NCBI GenBank assembly: GCA_010015805.1
Contig: ML978123.1
Location: 744,001-808,000 of the forward strand
Reading direction: 5' to 3'
Length of the DNA stretch: 64,000 nucleotides
Source of the DNA: Rhizodiscina lignyota
Taxonomy: Eukaryota
Shown: one piece after another, positions 50,318 through 62,921 of the stretch
How positions within the stretch are numbered: the stretch's first letter is position 1
How the letters are laid out: every line of letters starts with the position of its first letter
Made by a program: the position numbers and the translations under genes
The notes under the pieces: generated by a model
The model's input: the letters and a program-made list of their open reading frames with translations, nothing else
Databases searched by the model: none
Told to the model about the DNA's origin: nothing

Positions 50318-50788
50318 ATGAACAGTACCATGTCAACGAATGAGACGATGCCGATCGACAGTACAACGTCGAGCCTACGACTGCCGAATATTTCAACCGC
50401 ATATAGGTTCGTCAAAAGGAATTGGCAGACCATCGAATTCATTATTCGCGGGACTCACGAACTCTACTCTTCGCATCGACGTAGACAACTCCAACGGGAA
50501 GAAGAGATGCACAGGAACCGCGAAATGGCAGAAGACGCAGCTGCTGCAACTCATGTCCATCACCATTATCATTGTGTCACGCATCATAGTCCTGGCGTCA
50601 ATCATCATCAGCACACGCATTATCATGGCCATAATCATGCACACCTGCAACTCCAGATACGGAATGCTATCCGCAATCGACTTCATGTACATAACATTCC
50701 ACGCTTCCGGAATCGCCATCACCATCGACGACACCACTGGGGGCAGGAGATCATCGCGGCGCGCATCCGGCGCCGGCACTCGTATTAG
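50318..50788 (+). CDS. Hypothetical His/Arg-rich small protein
   Basis: 156-aa ATG ORF preceded by a pyrimidine-rich leader. Contains HVHHHYHCVTHHSPGVNHHQHTHYHGHNHAH. Coding status not proven. Confidence 0.45.
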   Translation: MNSTMSTNETMPIDSTTSSLRLPNISTAYRFVKRNWQTIEFIIRGTHELYSSHRRRQLQREEEMHRNREMAEDAAAATHVHHHYHCVTHHSPGVNHHQHTHYHGHNHAHLQLQIRNAIRNRLHVHNIPRFRNRHHHRRHHWGQEIIAARIRRRHSY

Positions 50789-51306
50789 TGGAAAGCTATA
50801 CGCTTTAAGTTGTTGTCGAAAGAGACAACAATAGCGATATCTTTTCATTATGTCGCGTATATTCTCTTCAAAAACGCGTTTCCTACCTTTATGCCTTAAC
50901 TACTTCCTCTGCATGCATTTACACCGGAGCAAAAGAAGATCGACTTATCCTCCAACTGGCCTTCAATTCGCGTGGACGCTCGGTCTCAAAAGTTTCTGTC
51001 TTGGTACGACTTCCCGGCAAATGTTGTGTTCACAGACTTTAACGAGTCTCCGAGCATGCTCGAACCGCCTTTGACCTAAGTCCTTTCGGAGAACAGAAGC
51101 TACCTCAATAACAGCTCAAACATGCATTTGCCGATAAATACAACTTCATTCGATGTCCACCTTTGGCGGCGCACTGCAAATCCCAATTACGACACACAAG
51201 TCCAAACCAGTCTCCGCGAGGTGCAACCTGCAACACCCTCAAATTATCCCCCTTATCGCCGCACCCTCTCTTGCAGTTCACACGTATAGTCTGAATTTCG
51301 ATCCTG

Positions 51307-52570
51307 CTAAACCGGACTCTGATTTTCCCTCGGCCTCACCATCCTCAGCCCACTTATCTTGCTCCCGCCCGGTCCCAGACTCATGGTCTCAAAGTTATTC
51401 TCCTGCCAACTCGTCGACACAATCAACTCGCCTCCCTTGGATGCCAGCCCTTCCGCCAACGCTATGATCGGCGTATACACATCACCCCAGCGTTTGGGAA
51501 GCTCGAACTGTGCAAGGGCATTGCTCACGAACGGGCCACAATCGACACTCAACTCTACATTCTGCAGCGAGCTGAACGGACGGTCGGAGCACGTCGGCCC
51601 ACGTTTTGAAAAGAGTTTGGCGATGCCGGATCTCTGGGGCTCTTTGGGGCATGTGTAGTAAGATTTCGGGTCTGCTGGAGGCAGGATGACGGCAATTGCT
51701 TTCTCAAGCGTGTATTGCGGGAGATGATCGCGCCACTGAACGATTGCGGCTAGCGAGATGGTGGTGATGAGGCTGAGGCGAGGACGCAGGATGATCATGG
51801 TGAAGTCGATGAGCGTTTGACAGGACGTAAAATGGAATCTATCGTGGCTGTAAAGCATGTGGATGGTTTCCGAGTATCTTTTGTTACAGGTCTCAATCAG
51901 CAATTTTTCGTTCCACAGACCGCATAGGGTGGATCATAACTTACATTTGCCGGCAGCTCAGCAACACACTGAGCGGTCGCCAATCCGATTCCTGTACGAC
52001 CTTGAGCATGGTGGCGTCTTGGTTGTACTCTGCCTGCCCTTCTGGTCCAGTTTCATTGTAGTAGTCCTCCGATTCAACCATCTCGTCAAACCCCAATCTC
52101 TTCACCTTCCCAAACCCCACTCTCTTCCTCCCAACTTCCACGCCGTTCACCAAGCCAACAACTTTGCCACCCATCACATATCCCCAAATCATCTCTCTAA
52201 TCTCAGCTGGCAGCATCAGCAACTTTGATCCCTCCTGCGCCTTTGTCTTCTGCCTTTTCAACCTCCATCCCACCAATTTCCCCTCCATACCATCTTTCCC
52301 TTCCGTCGGCAGCGTCAACCGCCGCGTTCGCTTTTGATTCAACGGTCGCGGAATCCTAGACAGCATCTCTTTCCGCTCCCTCTGAAAGCGGCGCTCTTGA
52401 ATGCGGCCGGTACCGCAGAAGCCGTGAGCATTGGGATCAAGACTGCATGAGCAGCAAATGCACCAGAGTTTGAAGCATATGAGAAAAGAAGCATGCAGTG
52501 CGAATTTGCCTGCGGCTATTGCATATTTCTTCGCGCGCTTTTTGACTCCTTGAGTGTCGATCTTCTTCAT
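51307..52570 (-). CDS. Fungal F-box-like (DUF7730/2EXR-type) protein
   Basis: SKLLMLPAEIREMIWGYVMGG, then across an intron at about 51879-51943 LSVLLSCRQ-I-YSETIHMLYSHDRFHF. This is the usual LPxEIR / LLxCRQIYxE signature. Confidence 0.7.
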
Positions 52571-53133
52571 TGCGGCACAAGCTATACTAAGACCACGTAT
52601 TCCTAAAGAAAATTTGAAGGTGAGATGCACCAGAAAAGAAGAGATGGGAAAGATGATCTGACAATTGTCGGGAAAGGATTTATGGAAATATTGACAAGTC
52701 TTCACAGCCTTATTGTCTTCGCAGCCTGGTGAAGAGTGGCGGGCTGTGTACATCTGCGCCACAGTATCCAAAATCCTCCTCGAGTATCATTCTCCAATCC
52801 TGCTTCCAGTCAACAGCTTTGGAAGCGACCCGTGCATCAGATTTTAAACTTGCGCACCCTGATTGGCAGTTGATCAAAGCCTTGAAACCTGAGGGGCCAA
52901 AGTGAGCCACTGGAAGATGTTGCGCGAGAACAATTTGGGGGCGACAGTTACCAAATGCTACGCAATCTCTAGAATATATCGATGGCATTCGATTAACAAT
53001 ACTCAATGCTGCGTATGAACACAAACAAAACAAAGAGTCGAGAGTGGTATACGTAATGAGAAGAGCTCATGGAAAAACCCAAATGACCTATGCCGTCCTC
53101 CACCCAACGTTCCAACCCAAAGACGCTCGTCCT

Positions 53134-54018
53134 CTATTTCTTTGGCGGGTACTTCTTGAACAGCAATTGCGATGCCCAGACATCAGCAACGGCAAACAAG
53201 CCCACAGCTCCAGCGATCGCGCCCGCAACTTTCCACGAGAACTCTCCCGCCGTGTACTTCTTGTACGAGAACCAACCCAGCGTAGCTCCACCGATAGCGA
53301 CGATGAGCGCATTGCCCAGGATGACGGGGTTATCCGCATTCTCGCGCATCCTCTTGCCTGCAACGCCTGCCTTCGCCTTCGCCTTCTCTTTCACCTCCTT
53401 GGCCTTCTGCTCATCCTGCTTCTCCTTGTCCTCTGCCTCATGCTCCAGGCGCTCGGCTTGCGTGTCTGTCTTTACGGACTGCGACTCGTAGTCTGATGGG
53501 ACGGAAGAGATATGCGGGGAGTCGACGTCGATGAGAGACGATGCGGATTGCGAGTCATGCTGGATCTCGGGCATTGGTGGTGCGCGACTGGAGTAGAGGT
53601 TAGCAATCTACGATTAAACTATCATGCTGAGAGAAGCATGGCAGAGTATCAGCTTTGGAATGGCACGGGTGGTGAAATGCATCGCAAAAGACAACTTTGT
53701 GCACGTGAGAGCAAGTTCCCTTGCAGACTCTTCAGGAAGACACTCATAGCCATCAAAGCTCTACTGTAAGTAGGATTATGAACGTGAAAGGGCAGCCAAG
53801 CAGTGCCTCGCAAGCTATGAACGTGTCTAATCTGCGTTTTGCGTATTTCGTTTGCTTCGCGCGGTCGAAAGGAAGTCGTTGGTACAAGTCACCACAAAGA
53901 AATAGAACTTACGCCTGCGAATTCATTAGTTCACTATCTTCTATGTCGTTCCAAGGACAATACTTACTTCTTCAGGGCTCTGCTTCGGCCCGCTTGCAGC
54001 TACGTCGGCATAGCTCAT
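53134..54018 (-). CDS. Mitochondrial outer membrane protein, OM14-like (3 exons including a 2-nt micro-exon)
   Basis: Exon 1 54018-53968 (MSYADVAASGPKQSPEE), micro-exon GC at 53914-53913, exon 3 from 53587 (ARAPPMPEI..SLIDVDSPHISSVPSDY..NPVILGNA). Two C-terminal TM helices. Family assignment is from recall. Confidence 0.75.
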
Positions 54019-54571
54019 TTCGGCGATTGTTATTAGACTGAGGAAGCTTGCTGCGTTCTACGGTCTCAGAGGCAAGGGAAACCTTGGCGTTGAAAAGGTG
54101 GGGAGGTGAGCCGGTGAGGAGAAGAAACTCCAAAGATGAGAGCTTCCGCGTGAGGGTATCACAAGCTGCAGACGGTGATGGAGAATGCCGGATGGGGTCA
54201 CGATAATGGGAATTCAAGGAAGGAGGTTGGCAGCTCTCACATGTTCCGCGCAGGCTTGGCGTAGCCAAACGGTACGTCATTGCATCACTCGCCCCTGATT
54301 CGTCCATTTTCGCATAAGTCAGGGGTTGCAAATTTGTATTGGTTCTATGAAAGTCCAGAGAGCTTGGACCTTCTTGATGTCTCTGCTGTACAGCTGTGCT
54401 TTTAAGGGGAATCTTGCGAACAGCGAAAGCGTGATTCATCTACACTCCATCCGCGCCCGCTATTCGTCCATCTAAGCAGAAACGCCTCCCGATGCAAGCA
54501 AATGGGTTATCAACCAACGTCAATCACAAGGGATATCTGGCAAGCCGTGACGAAAGCCAAAAACAGCCTCC

Positions 54572-56098
54572 TCATCGGTGATCTGAATTCGGATTCGAAT
54601 TCGAGTTGGAGCCACGCCCAAACAGGCCTCTCACTCTCTCTGCGAAGCCGGGCGTAGAGCCCTCCCTCGAATGGCTCGAACGCTGACTTCCACTTTGTCT
54701 CCGGCTCTGTTCATCCGCATTAGCCTCAGGGTAACCAAAGGCACCTGGTATGGCCGGAGAGGGTGAGTTCACTCCGCTTGCGGCATTCTGCTGGCTCGCA
54801 CTCGAGGACGTTCTCCGTCCACTCCACGGCGATGGTTGCGGAGCTCCATTGGCGGCCGTCGAAGCAGTAGCCGTCGCATCCACGTTCGCGCCGCTTCTGC
54901 CCTGCGCCTGATCTCTTGCCTGCGTAATTCCCATCCTACACTGCGGGCAGCTGTCATGCTCTCTTAGCCATGAACCCACGCACTCGCCATGAAACCAATG
55001 GCCACACCAAAGACGTGTAACCTCACCTCCAACTTCCACGTCCTCCATGCAGATACTGCAGTCCGCCTGGCCGGTCTTAGGATCCACCATATCTTTTGTG
55101 ATCTTAATTTTTGGCAACTCCGATATCGATTCGGCAGACGCAGGGCCTGGAGCATTGCCCATGTTGTTCTGCTCCATCAGTTGCGACAGAATGCGGTCGA
55201 AGGCCTCTTGTGTGTAGACTGCATCGCCGTGGGCAGCATTGGCGGGGTTGAGGAGCGGCAACAGGAAGCCTAGGAGCGGCGGAGGACCGCGAGGGAAGGG
55301 GCCGTCATGGTCGTCAAGGCCACGGGAAGGATCGCGCAGGCCAGGGCCAGGGCCGTGAGGGTTCATAGGACCGAAGAGTGTCTCGCTTAGGATCCTGTTC
55401 ATGCATAAGAATCAGTTCGTTCCGGAGAAGGAGTGCGGAATGAGAACTTACCTCTGCAAATCATCCACTGGGACATCTGGCGGCTGAGGTTGATTCGCAT
55501 TGCGGGGGGTCAACGGAGTCAATCGCGCTGAGCTTGTCCTGGAAGTCCAGGCGTAGCCTGGTCCGTGGCCGGATCGTACTGATACTCCTGGTCCTCCAGC
55601 ACCAGCACCAGCACCACCGCCCATTGCACCATGTCCAGGACCTTGCACTTGACCCGCCGCAATACTCTGCATCATTTGCCCGAAATTCGCGGCCAACATT
55701 GAGAATGGATCGGTATTGTTCGGCTGCGGGGAACGAGCGCCTGGTGAACCATTAGGAGAGAAAGGGCGAACAAATGTTCCTGTGATATGAACCCTGCCTG
55801 GACCTGACGACTGCCACTGTAATCTGTTTAACGGTGGACCGTCGTCTTCGTGATCAGGTATGTTGGCCCATGGGTTGTGGTCGCGGAGAGGATGCGGGGG
55901 GAGTGGAGGAGGGACAGATTCGGGTGGGTCGTCGGCAGGTATTTGGAGCTGGTCCTCGCGCGGGTCGTGGTCTGGTTCGATGACCTCTGTGAACTCGGAA
56001 TGGCATGCTGGACATGTCAAGCCATGCTCGTCTCTGTACCACTCATCTGAGCACTGATGGCAAAACACCAGTTCCCTTTGTCGGTCGTGTGAATCCAT
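54572..56098 (-). CDS. RING-H2 E3 ubiquitin ligase with N-terminal zinc ribbon (RNF126/RNF115-like)
   Basis: FCHQC..CPACHSEFTE, HGDAVYTQEAFDRILSQLME, PGPAS and CSICMEDV..CGHWFHGECVGSWLREHDSCPQCR. One intron near 55395-55451. Confidence 0.92.
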
Positions 56099-57671
56099 TG
56101 CGAAGTTTAGCGATAGGTTTCAATATGAATGGCGACTACTGGAGGTTGGAAGACGAGCGCGATGATGAGCGCGCTGTCGCGAGGTGTGGCGACGTGCTTG
56201 GTCGGTAGAAGCGATTTGTTAGGTCATTTGAGCCTGGCGGGTGATAGAAGCTCGGCAGTGGGCGGTGCAGCTGCTTCGAAGCTTGCCACAAGGCTATAGG
56301 TGTGAAAGGAAGGCTGGTGATAAGTCGACGTGTCCTTTCGGCAAAGCTTGGGGAATAAGTTAGGGTCGTAATAGGTGCGTAGTGTTGTAGAGTTAAACTG
56401 GCTTACAACTCCAGGAAGTTCGAAGACCGCGGTCGAAACGGCGCTCGGACGCGCGAGATATGACGTTTCCTCCAGCTATCGCTCAACTCACGTGCTCGAG
56501 CTTTCCTCGTTACCACTCCACTTCCAAGCTAACAAGAACGTAGGAAATGATGAACGAAGATCGTTTCTGCGCTGAGGGTAGAGAGTTTGAGTGGGGAAAG
56601 TGAGTTGCGCAGCTATTTCAATAACCGCCAGAGCGTTTTGTGACTGTTTGCGCTTCCCCACAGTTCGATAAGCTTCTTCCAACTGTGAATACGTTTGCTA
56701 GGCTACCGTTCAAGCAAATGTTTTCACGATCTATTTCGGTATTGTGGTATGTACAATTCCACTCAAACCTCAATGACAGTAGGACATTCTCATTGTAAAC
56801 ATGACTTCAATGAGAACAAAGTCACTATTGCTCAGGCGCGTATACGATAAGGTTCAGCCTCAGGCTTCAAAAAGGATTTCTCCTAGATTCACTTACATTT
56901 CCTCTTCTAAACGAGGCTCAATATGACCGGTAGGATGTGCCTTCAACTTTGCGGAAAGAGCCGGCGCCGGTACAGAAAGGAATATATGGAAGTCTGGCGG
57001 ACAGTCTCCCGATCAACCAATACCGTATGCAGGTCAGGGTAGTACGGCACGAGGGTAACAAAATAGTTGAGTCCATGAGGTTTAAAAGCGTACAGTAGAA
57101 GCAGGTTTCTTCTTCAACGCTAGCCAGAGCATCTCTGGAAGGTTAATTAAATATATACTAGAGTTCATTTTAAAACGCTCAGCTTCAGCGCGACCCACGT
57201 TAACTATCGAGTATATACATCCATCTCACGGTTCTATATATTGCAGCCACGACAACTATTTTGTCACCCACTTGTAGGGTCAGCCTGCGCTTTCAGGAGA
57301 GCGCTGCTAAATTTCTGAAGGGAGGCAATCACTCCAAGCCCAGACTTCATCATCTCCCCACACTCGGAGGTTCCAGGGCTTTTCATTGCGACTGGAGGCT
57401 CTTTTCAGGGGTGGAATTTCCTTCCAATCATCAGCAAATATATTGTGAAAATGCAGGATGAAGCGCTTGACGAAAAATTCGTGAAGCGGTGGGCATAGAA
57501 TCGTGAAGAAAGAGTGGTGGCTCGTGGATCCTTTGTTCCTAAGAGGGAGCTGAGTGACCTGGTTTGACCGTGGATATGGCCATCAGTACGACAGCTATAG
57601 GACTGCAAATTGAATTGTCAATGCAGAATCGTGGGTGAGATATATGTATCTTCCAAATTAATGTACAAGGG

Positions 57672-59240
57672 CTAGTCTGGAGCGCTTTGCACTTCCCAGG
57701 GTGCCTCATAGTCCGTCCAGTCGTGCCAATCAATAAGTCCATCTCTTGCGGTCCGCTTCAACGCAGGGCGATGCACAGGTTCCTCATCTTCGGCATGGCC
57801 AGAATCCTCCTCTCCAAGCGCTTCAAGTAAGCGTGCTTGTTCCTCCACAGCTGCGCGTTGGTCAAGCTCTTCAGCGTAGCGTTCATGCTCTGCCTCCAGC
57901 GCGGCGAGCCGCCGGTCATCTTCGTCCTCATCAAGGTCGGGAAGAGAAGACATTTCTTCTGTATCTGATTGTTCCACCGGTGGTGGGACAGAACTCCCTG
58001 AGAGAAACGCTTCAGTCTCTTCGTAGCTGAGTTCATCCTTTCGACCCATATCTGTCAAAACGACACCACATCTTCTTGCGGTCCAGATCCAGAAGTCGCG
58101 TGCGTTCTCCTTCATGCCTAGAATGCGAAGAGCAGCTTTCACGTCTTGTGATGTCACATTCAGCCTCCTGTTCCGCATTGACGAGTTCCACACATCTGAA
58201 GCTCGTAGTCGACTCATGGCTTGGAATAGTACGGTTTGCACAACCCGACGCGTTATAGTAACAGCCAGCCGATGAAAATCAAGAAAAGTGGTACACATCA
58301 TCGACGGCTCGTCATCTTGCGTAGCAATGGACAACCAGTTTTCATCTTGCCTACTACCTCCTGCGTTCATAAACACTTCGGTAGATAGTTTGATCCAGCT
58401 GCTCGTTTTGAATAACTCCGCCGCTCGTCGAATTTCATGGTCTTCAGACAAAACTTGTTTGAACGACGGATCGTGAAGTTTCAGCCGCTTGCTTGGACTT
58501 TCCGGGTCCCGATTTTCGTCGTCTGAACTCGGATCATCGTCAGGGAAGTCGTTGGTAATTGCATCATCAAGCTCTTTGGCAACAGCCGAATCGATCAGCC
58601 ATAATGATCCATATTTCTTCTCCTCTTGCTGGATTTCCCAATTCCATTGATTGAATGCCAGGGCATCTGCAGCACCATTTAGCTTCTCCTCGCAAGTCTC
58701 GCCAATCTCCACAGCAGCCGGCATATCCCCCATTGATGCGAGACCATATTCAGGGTCATTGAGGGAGTGTTCTACAAGTCCATCCTTGAGCGTAAACAGA
58801 TAGTCTCGAACTTCAAGTTTCGATTTAGAGCCTATAGCAGCCGAGACTTTGGGTAAATCATCCCGACCATATCGAGCAAGAGCCTCGAACATCACATCTT
58901 TCTCTTTGCTGGTCCACAAAGAAGCACCAAAGTGAGTTTGAGCAAACCTGTTTTGTACAACGTCCGCGAACGGGGTTGCTACTTCATGAATTGTGGAATT
59001 TAGAAGCTGCCGGAATGAGTCGCTGTATTTCCCTTGCAGGCGCCTTCTCTTTGCTGCTGTTGTTTTTCTCACAATTTTCCGCTTTTTGGTAGGGCTCGGG
59101 TCCAACGGTTGCGAGTCATTCTGATCTGATACTTGTGGTGATATGCCCGACTGCTGCGACACCGTCGATCCGTCTTCGCTATGCTCGTCGTCTTCTGGTC
59201 TGAAATCGCTCGCAGTCTCTGATAGTTCGTCGCTCATCAT
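57672..59240 (-). CDS. RRN5: RNA polymerase I upstream activation factor subunit Rrn5-like (SANT/Myb plus histone-fold-like region)
   Basis: WTSKEKDVMFEALARYGRDDLPKVSAAIGSKSKLEVRDYL, MPAAVEIGETCE and TRRVVQTVLFQAMSRLRA..VTSQDVKAALRILG. Intronless; first ATG at 59240. Confidence 0.78.
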   Translation of the reverse strand: MMSDELSETASDFRPEDDEHSEDGSTVSQQSGISPQVSDQNDSQPLDPSPTKKRKIVRKTTAAKRRRLQGKYSDSFRQLLNSTIHEVATPFADVVQNRFAQTHFGASLWTSKEKDVMFEALARYGRDDLPKVSAAIGSKSKLEVRDYLFTLKDGLVEHSLNDPEYGLASMGDMPAAVEIGETCEEKLNGAADALAFNQWNWEIQQEEKKYGSLWLIDSAVAKELDDAITNDFPDDDPSSDDENRDPESPSKRLKLHDPSFKQVLSEDHEIRRAAELFKTSSWIKLSTEVFMNAGGSRQDENWLSIATQDDEPSMMCTTFLDFHRLAVTITRRVVQTVLFQAMSRLRASDVWNSSMRNRRLNVTSQDVKAALRILGMKENARDFWIWTARRCGVVLTDMGRKDELSYEETEAFLSGSSVPPPVEQSDTEEMSSLPDLDEDEDDRRLAALEAEHERYAEELDQRAAVEEQARLLEALGEEDSGHAEDEEPVHRPALKRTARDGLIDWHDWTDYEAPWEVQSAPD

Positions 59241-59598
59241 GAACTGCTGTTGGACGGATCCCGAACCTGCTCGCCCCAAATGAAGCACGTGTCGAACATG
59301 GAACTGGACAAACTGCCACCCATGTTTGATGATGTCGCTGAGCAGAACTGACTTTACGGCGGTAACGCGACATGCAAATTAAATTCTGTCACGAAACTAA
59401 CACGGTTCACGTGGATCGCTTACATAAGGCACGGCGACGAAACATCCGTAGGATTGAAGCTATGACGCCCCCAACAGCTGCTGAAATAAACATAGCAAGA
59501 GCAAATGTTCTTGCGTGTGAACGAGGTTCACAGCAACTGCCAGGCGGAGTGGAGAGCACTTGGGGATGTTGGCGCTCCATGACCGGGAGCTATAAACA

Positions 59599-62500
59599 AT
59601 GAGCGCGAACGGCTCTTCTGCCGATGCTTCTCAGTCATCCGCAAACCGCCGTTTTCTATGGCGCCCGAAGGTATGTTCAGAGTGAGATTCAGCCGAAGAA
59701 CGGGAAGAAGCTGACAGAGACAGGTACGAAATACGACCTTAGTCCTCCCCCGAACTGGCGAGCGAGTGCACCGAGTCTTCACGTTGCGCGATTCTCCACT
59801 CGACGACGATGGCCCTTCAGACGACCGCACACCTCTCCTTGGAGGCTCCGCTCCAACTCGCCGAGCAGAAGGGCGGGTCTCGAAGCTGCAGAAACAATTA
59901 TACGCGAAGTCTAAAGAGGCGTATGCTTTCTGGACGTCTAAAACTGGAGTGGGCATCCTCAAATGCTCGCTTGCATATTTGCTCGGCAGTCTAGCGACAT
60001 TCGTCCCATTCATTGCGAATACGTTGGGCCGAAATGACACCAAGCATATGGTGGCTACGGTCACAGTGTACTTTCATCCAGCCAGATCTGCAGGCAGCAT
60101 GGAAAACGCCCTCTGCCTCGCTATTTGCGCGTTTATTTACGCAGCATTCGTATCATTTTCGAGCATGGCTGTATCTGCATTCTTCGGTCACCACTATTTG
60201 ATTCCTGTGGGACATGCTATAGTCCTGATTGTTTTCTGTGGTGGTGGCCTTGGTCTGATTGCCTGGACCAAGCAGAGGCTGGGAAATCCTCTGGTCAACG
60301 TGGTACGTATGGAATGAACTCCTTCTAGAGTCCCTGCGACTAACTTTTCAAGGCGTGCTCGCTAGCATCACTTTCTATCATTTCGATTCTTACGAAGGAG
60401 GGTGCTGTTCAGGAATCCAAATTCTCTTACGAGAAGATCCTTCAGATTCTGAAGATGGTCTTAATTGGCATTGTGATGACTACGTTTGTTAGCTTTGTCA
60501 TCAAGCCGATTTCTGCTCGTCATGACTTCAGAGAGGACCTTGTAAAGACCACTGATCTTCTGGCGGACTTTCTGTCAATGATCTCGCGGTCGTTCTTGTC
60601 TGGTTCTGATGAGGAGCTCAAATCGCCCGCATATGAAGCTGCATCCCAAAAATACACGTCAGCATTCAATTCATTAACCAAAAATCTGGGCGAATCGAAG
60701 TGGGAACACTACCTCTTTGGCACGGAGAAAGAATATAGAGCAAACGTCAAGGTTACGAAGTGCGTCGAGACGATTTCACAAGATCTGAGAGGTCTCCGAA
60801 GCGCAGCCTCTACTCAGTTCTCCCTCATGGAAAAGTCCTCGCGTCCGAGCACTCCCCCTCGTATGAATGGTGCGACGGCGGATACTGCTCCCTTTAGTCC
60901 TGGATTACTCACGCCAAACTCTTTCGATCCGCCTAGCATGTTATCATCAATTTATGAGGAGCCTGAAGAGGAAGAAAATGAACAGACCACTAGCCTGGAG
61001 AGGCGAGGCTCTGCATTGTCACTGGATGCGGCAAGCACTTCTGCTGACATCTTCAGTCTCTTCATCAGCAATCTCGGACCACCGATGAAGTCGTTGGCGT
61101 ACACGCTTAAGGAAGTTCTTGGTGAACTGCCTTTTGACAGCGCTCGGCATGTGAATGTGAACAGTCATTTCCGGGGAAGTCTTGTTGACGCCAACGCTCT
61201 CTACACCAATGCAAGGAAAGACGGTCTTTCGCAGCTCTACAGAAACCGTTCGGTAACGAAATGGCGTTCTGAAAAGGCAGCCGATTTTGAAGACGTTGCA
61301 GCCAGTTGTGGATACTTTAGTTCATCCCTGCAGGATCTCGCCGAGCATACCATTCATTACCTGGATGTGCTAGAAGAGATGAAAGGCCTGGAAGATAGAT
61401 CTCTGAAGAAGCGCTCTTGGAACTGGCTAAAGTTCTGGCGTATGTTCCGACCTGCTTCAAGTGATGGGCCTCAGGATGAGGGCATTATTCATCGACATGC
61501 TACTCCTGAGGAGGGTCTTTCCCAGCCAATGCCAAGCCCGAAACTGCATCATACGGATGATCTAGGCGATCAGCCACCTAAAGAGCGTTCCATCAGGCTA
61601 CGAATGTGGCAAGCGTTTCGCTTCATCAGGAGGGAAGACATCAGATTTGCAATCAAAGTCGGAATCGGCGCCGTACTGTTCGGCATGTTTGCCTTCATTC
61701 CTTCAACCCGTCCGATCTATAATCACTGGAGGGCCGAGTGGGGCCTCTTGAGCTATATGCTTGTTTGTTCAATGACAGTAGGAGCGTCTAATACGACCGG
61801 ATTCGAGCGCACGTGGGGCACATGCGCTGGTGCTCTCTGCGGCGTCGTCGCCTGGGTTATCGCTGATGATAATCCGTGGGCGCTTGGATTCATCGGTTGG
61901 CTTATGGCAGTATTCGCATACTACATCATTCTCGGCCTCGGCAAGGGCCCCATGGGTCGCTTTATCCTCCTCACATACAACCTCTCGGTCTTGTACTCCT
62001 ACTCCCTTACCGTCCGCGACCAAGAAGACGATGACGATGAAGGTGGAATCGACCCAGCTATTTGGGAGATTGTGCTTCATCGTGTTGTCGCTGTGACTGT
62101 TGGTACGATGTGGGGTATGATTGTGACCAGGCTCATCTGGCCTATCAGCGCGCGGAAGAAGTTCCAAAATGGACTGTCGGTATTATGGCTACGCATGGGG
62201 CTAATCTGGAAACGGGACCCGCTCTCTATATTGATGGAAGGCGAACCCGGGTCAAGTTACATGGACATTCGAGAATCGATTGAGCTTCAGAGATTCCTTT
62301 CAAAGCTGGATGGACTAAGAGACTCAGCAGCTTATGAGTTCGATCTGCGCGGCCCGTTCCCGAAGGAGACCTTTGGGAGAATACTGAAAGCGACAGGCCG
62401 TATATTAGACGCATTCTATGCGATGAATGTTGTCATTGTCAAGGACCTCAAGGCCACCCCCGGTGAGGCAGAAATCTTGAAATATACCAGGAATGAGCGG

Positions 62501-62858
62501 ATGCAGCTCTCGTCACGCATCTCTCATCTCTTCTCAGTTCTGGCGTCTTCGATGAAACTGGAATATCCGCTCAATGACGCATTACCGAATATTGAGCATA
62601 CGAGGGACCGATTGTTAGCAAAATTGTTTCAGTTTCGGACGCATATGACAGGACAGCCAAATGCACCTACAGATGAGGACTATGAGCTCTTCTATGCGTA
62701 CTGTAAGTTTTGTTATTCACTTTCTTCGACAGAAACATGCTGATGATCTGCTTCTAGCTTTGGTTACTGGTCAGCTTGCGCAAGATATTGGTGACATTGG
62801 TAGGGACATAGAGCAGTTATATGGTGTGCTCAATGAGGACAGCTTGAAGCTTCAATAG
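59599..62858 (+). CDS. Multi-pass membrane protein, aromatic-acid exporter / FUSC-like family (Bre4/SPBC1703-like)
   Basis: ILKCSLAYLLGSLATF, TVYFHPARSAGSM, IRFAIKVGIG, WRAEWGLLSY, ERTWGTCAG and VVAVTVG..IWPISAR. Three introns; ends EDSLKLQ*. Confidence 0.8.
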
Positions 62859-62921
62859 TCATTACGTCTAGTTTGATACCCACTACCAAAATGCATTTTC
62901 TTCGGCGTTCAATATCGTGTC

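Noticed and set aside
56100..57670. About 1.5-kb intergenic stretch with AT-rich patches and short ORFs
   Set aside because: No terminal repeats, transposase motifs, clear RIP signature or tRNA/5S structure are visible by eye.
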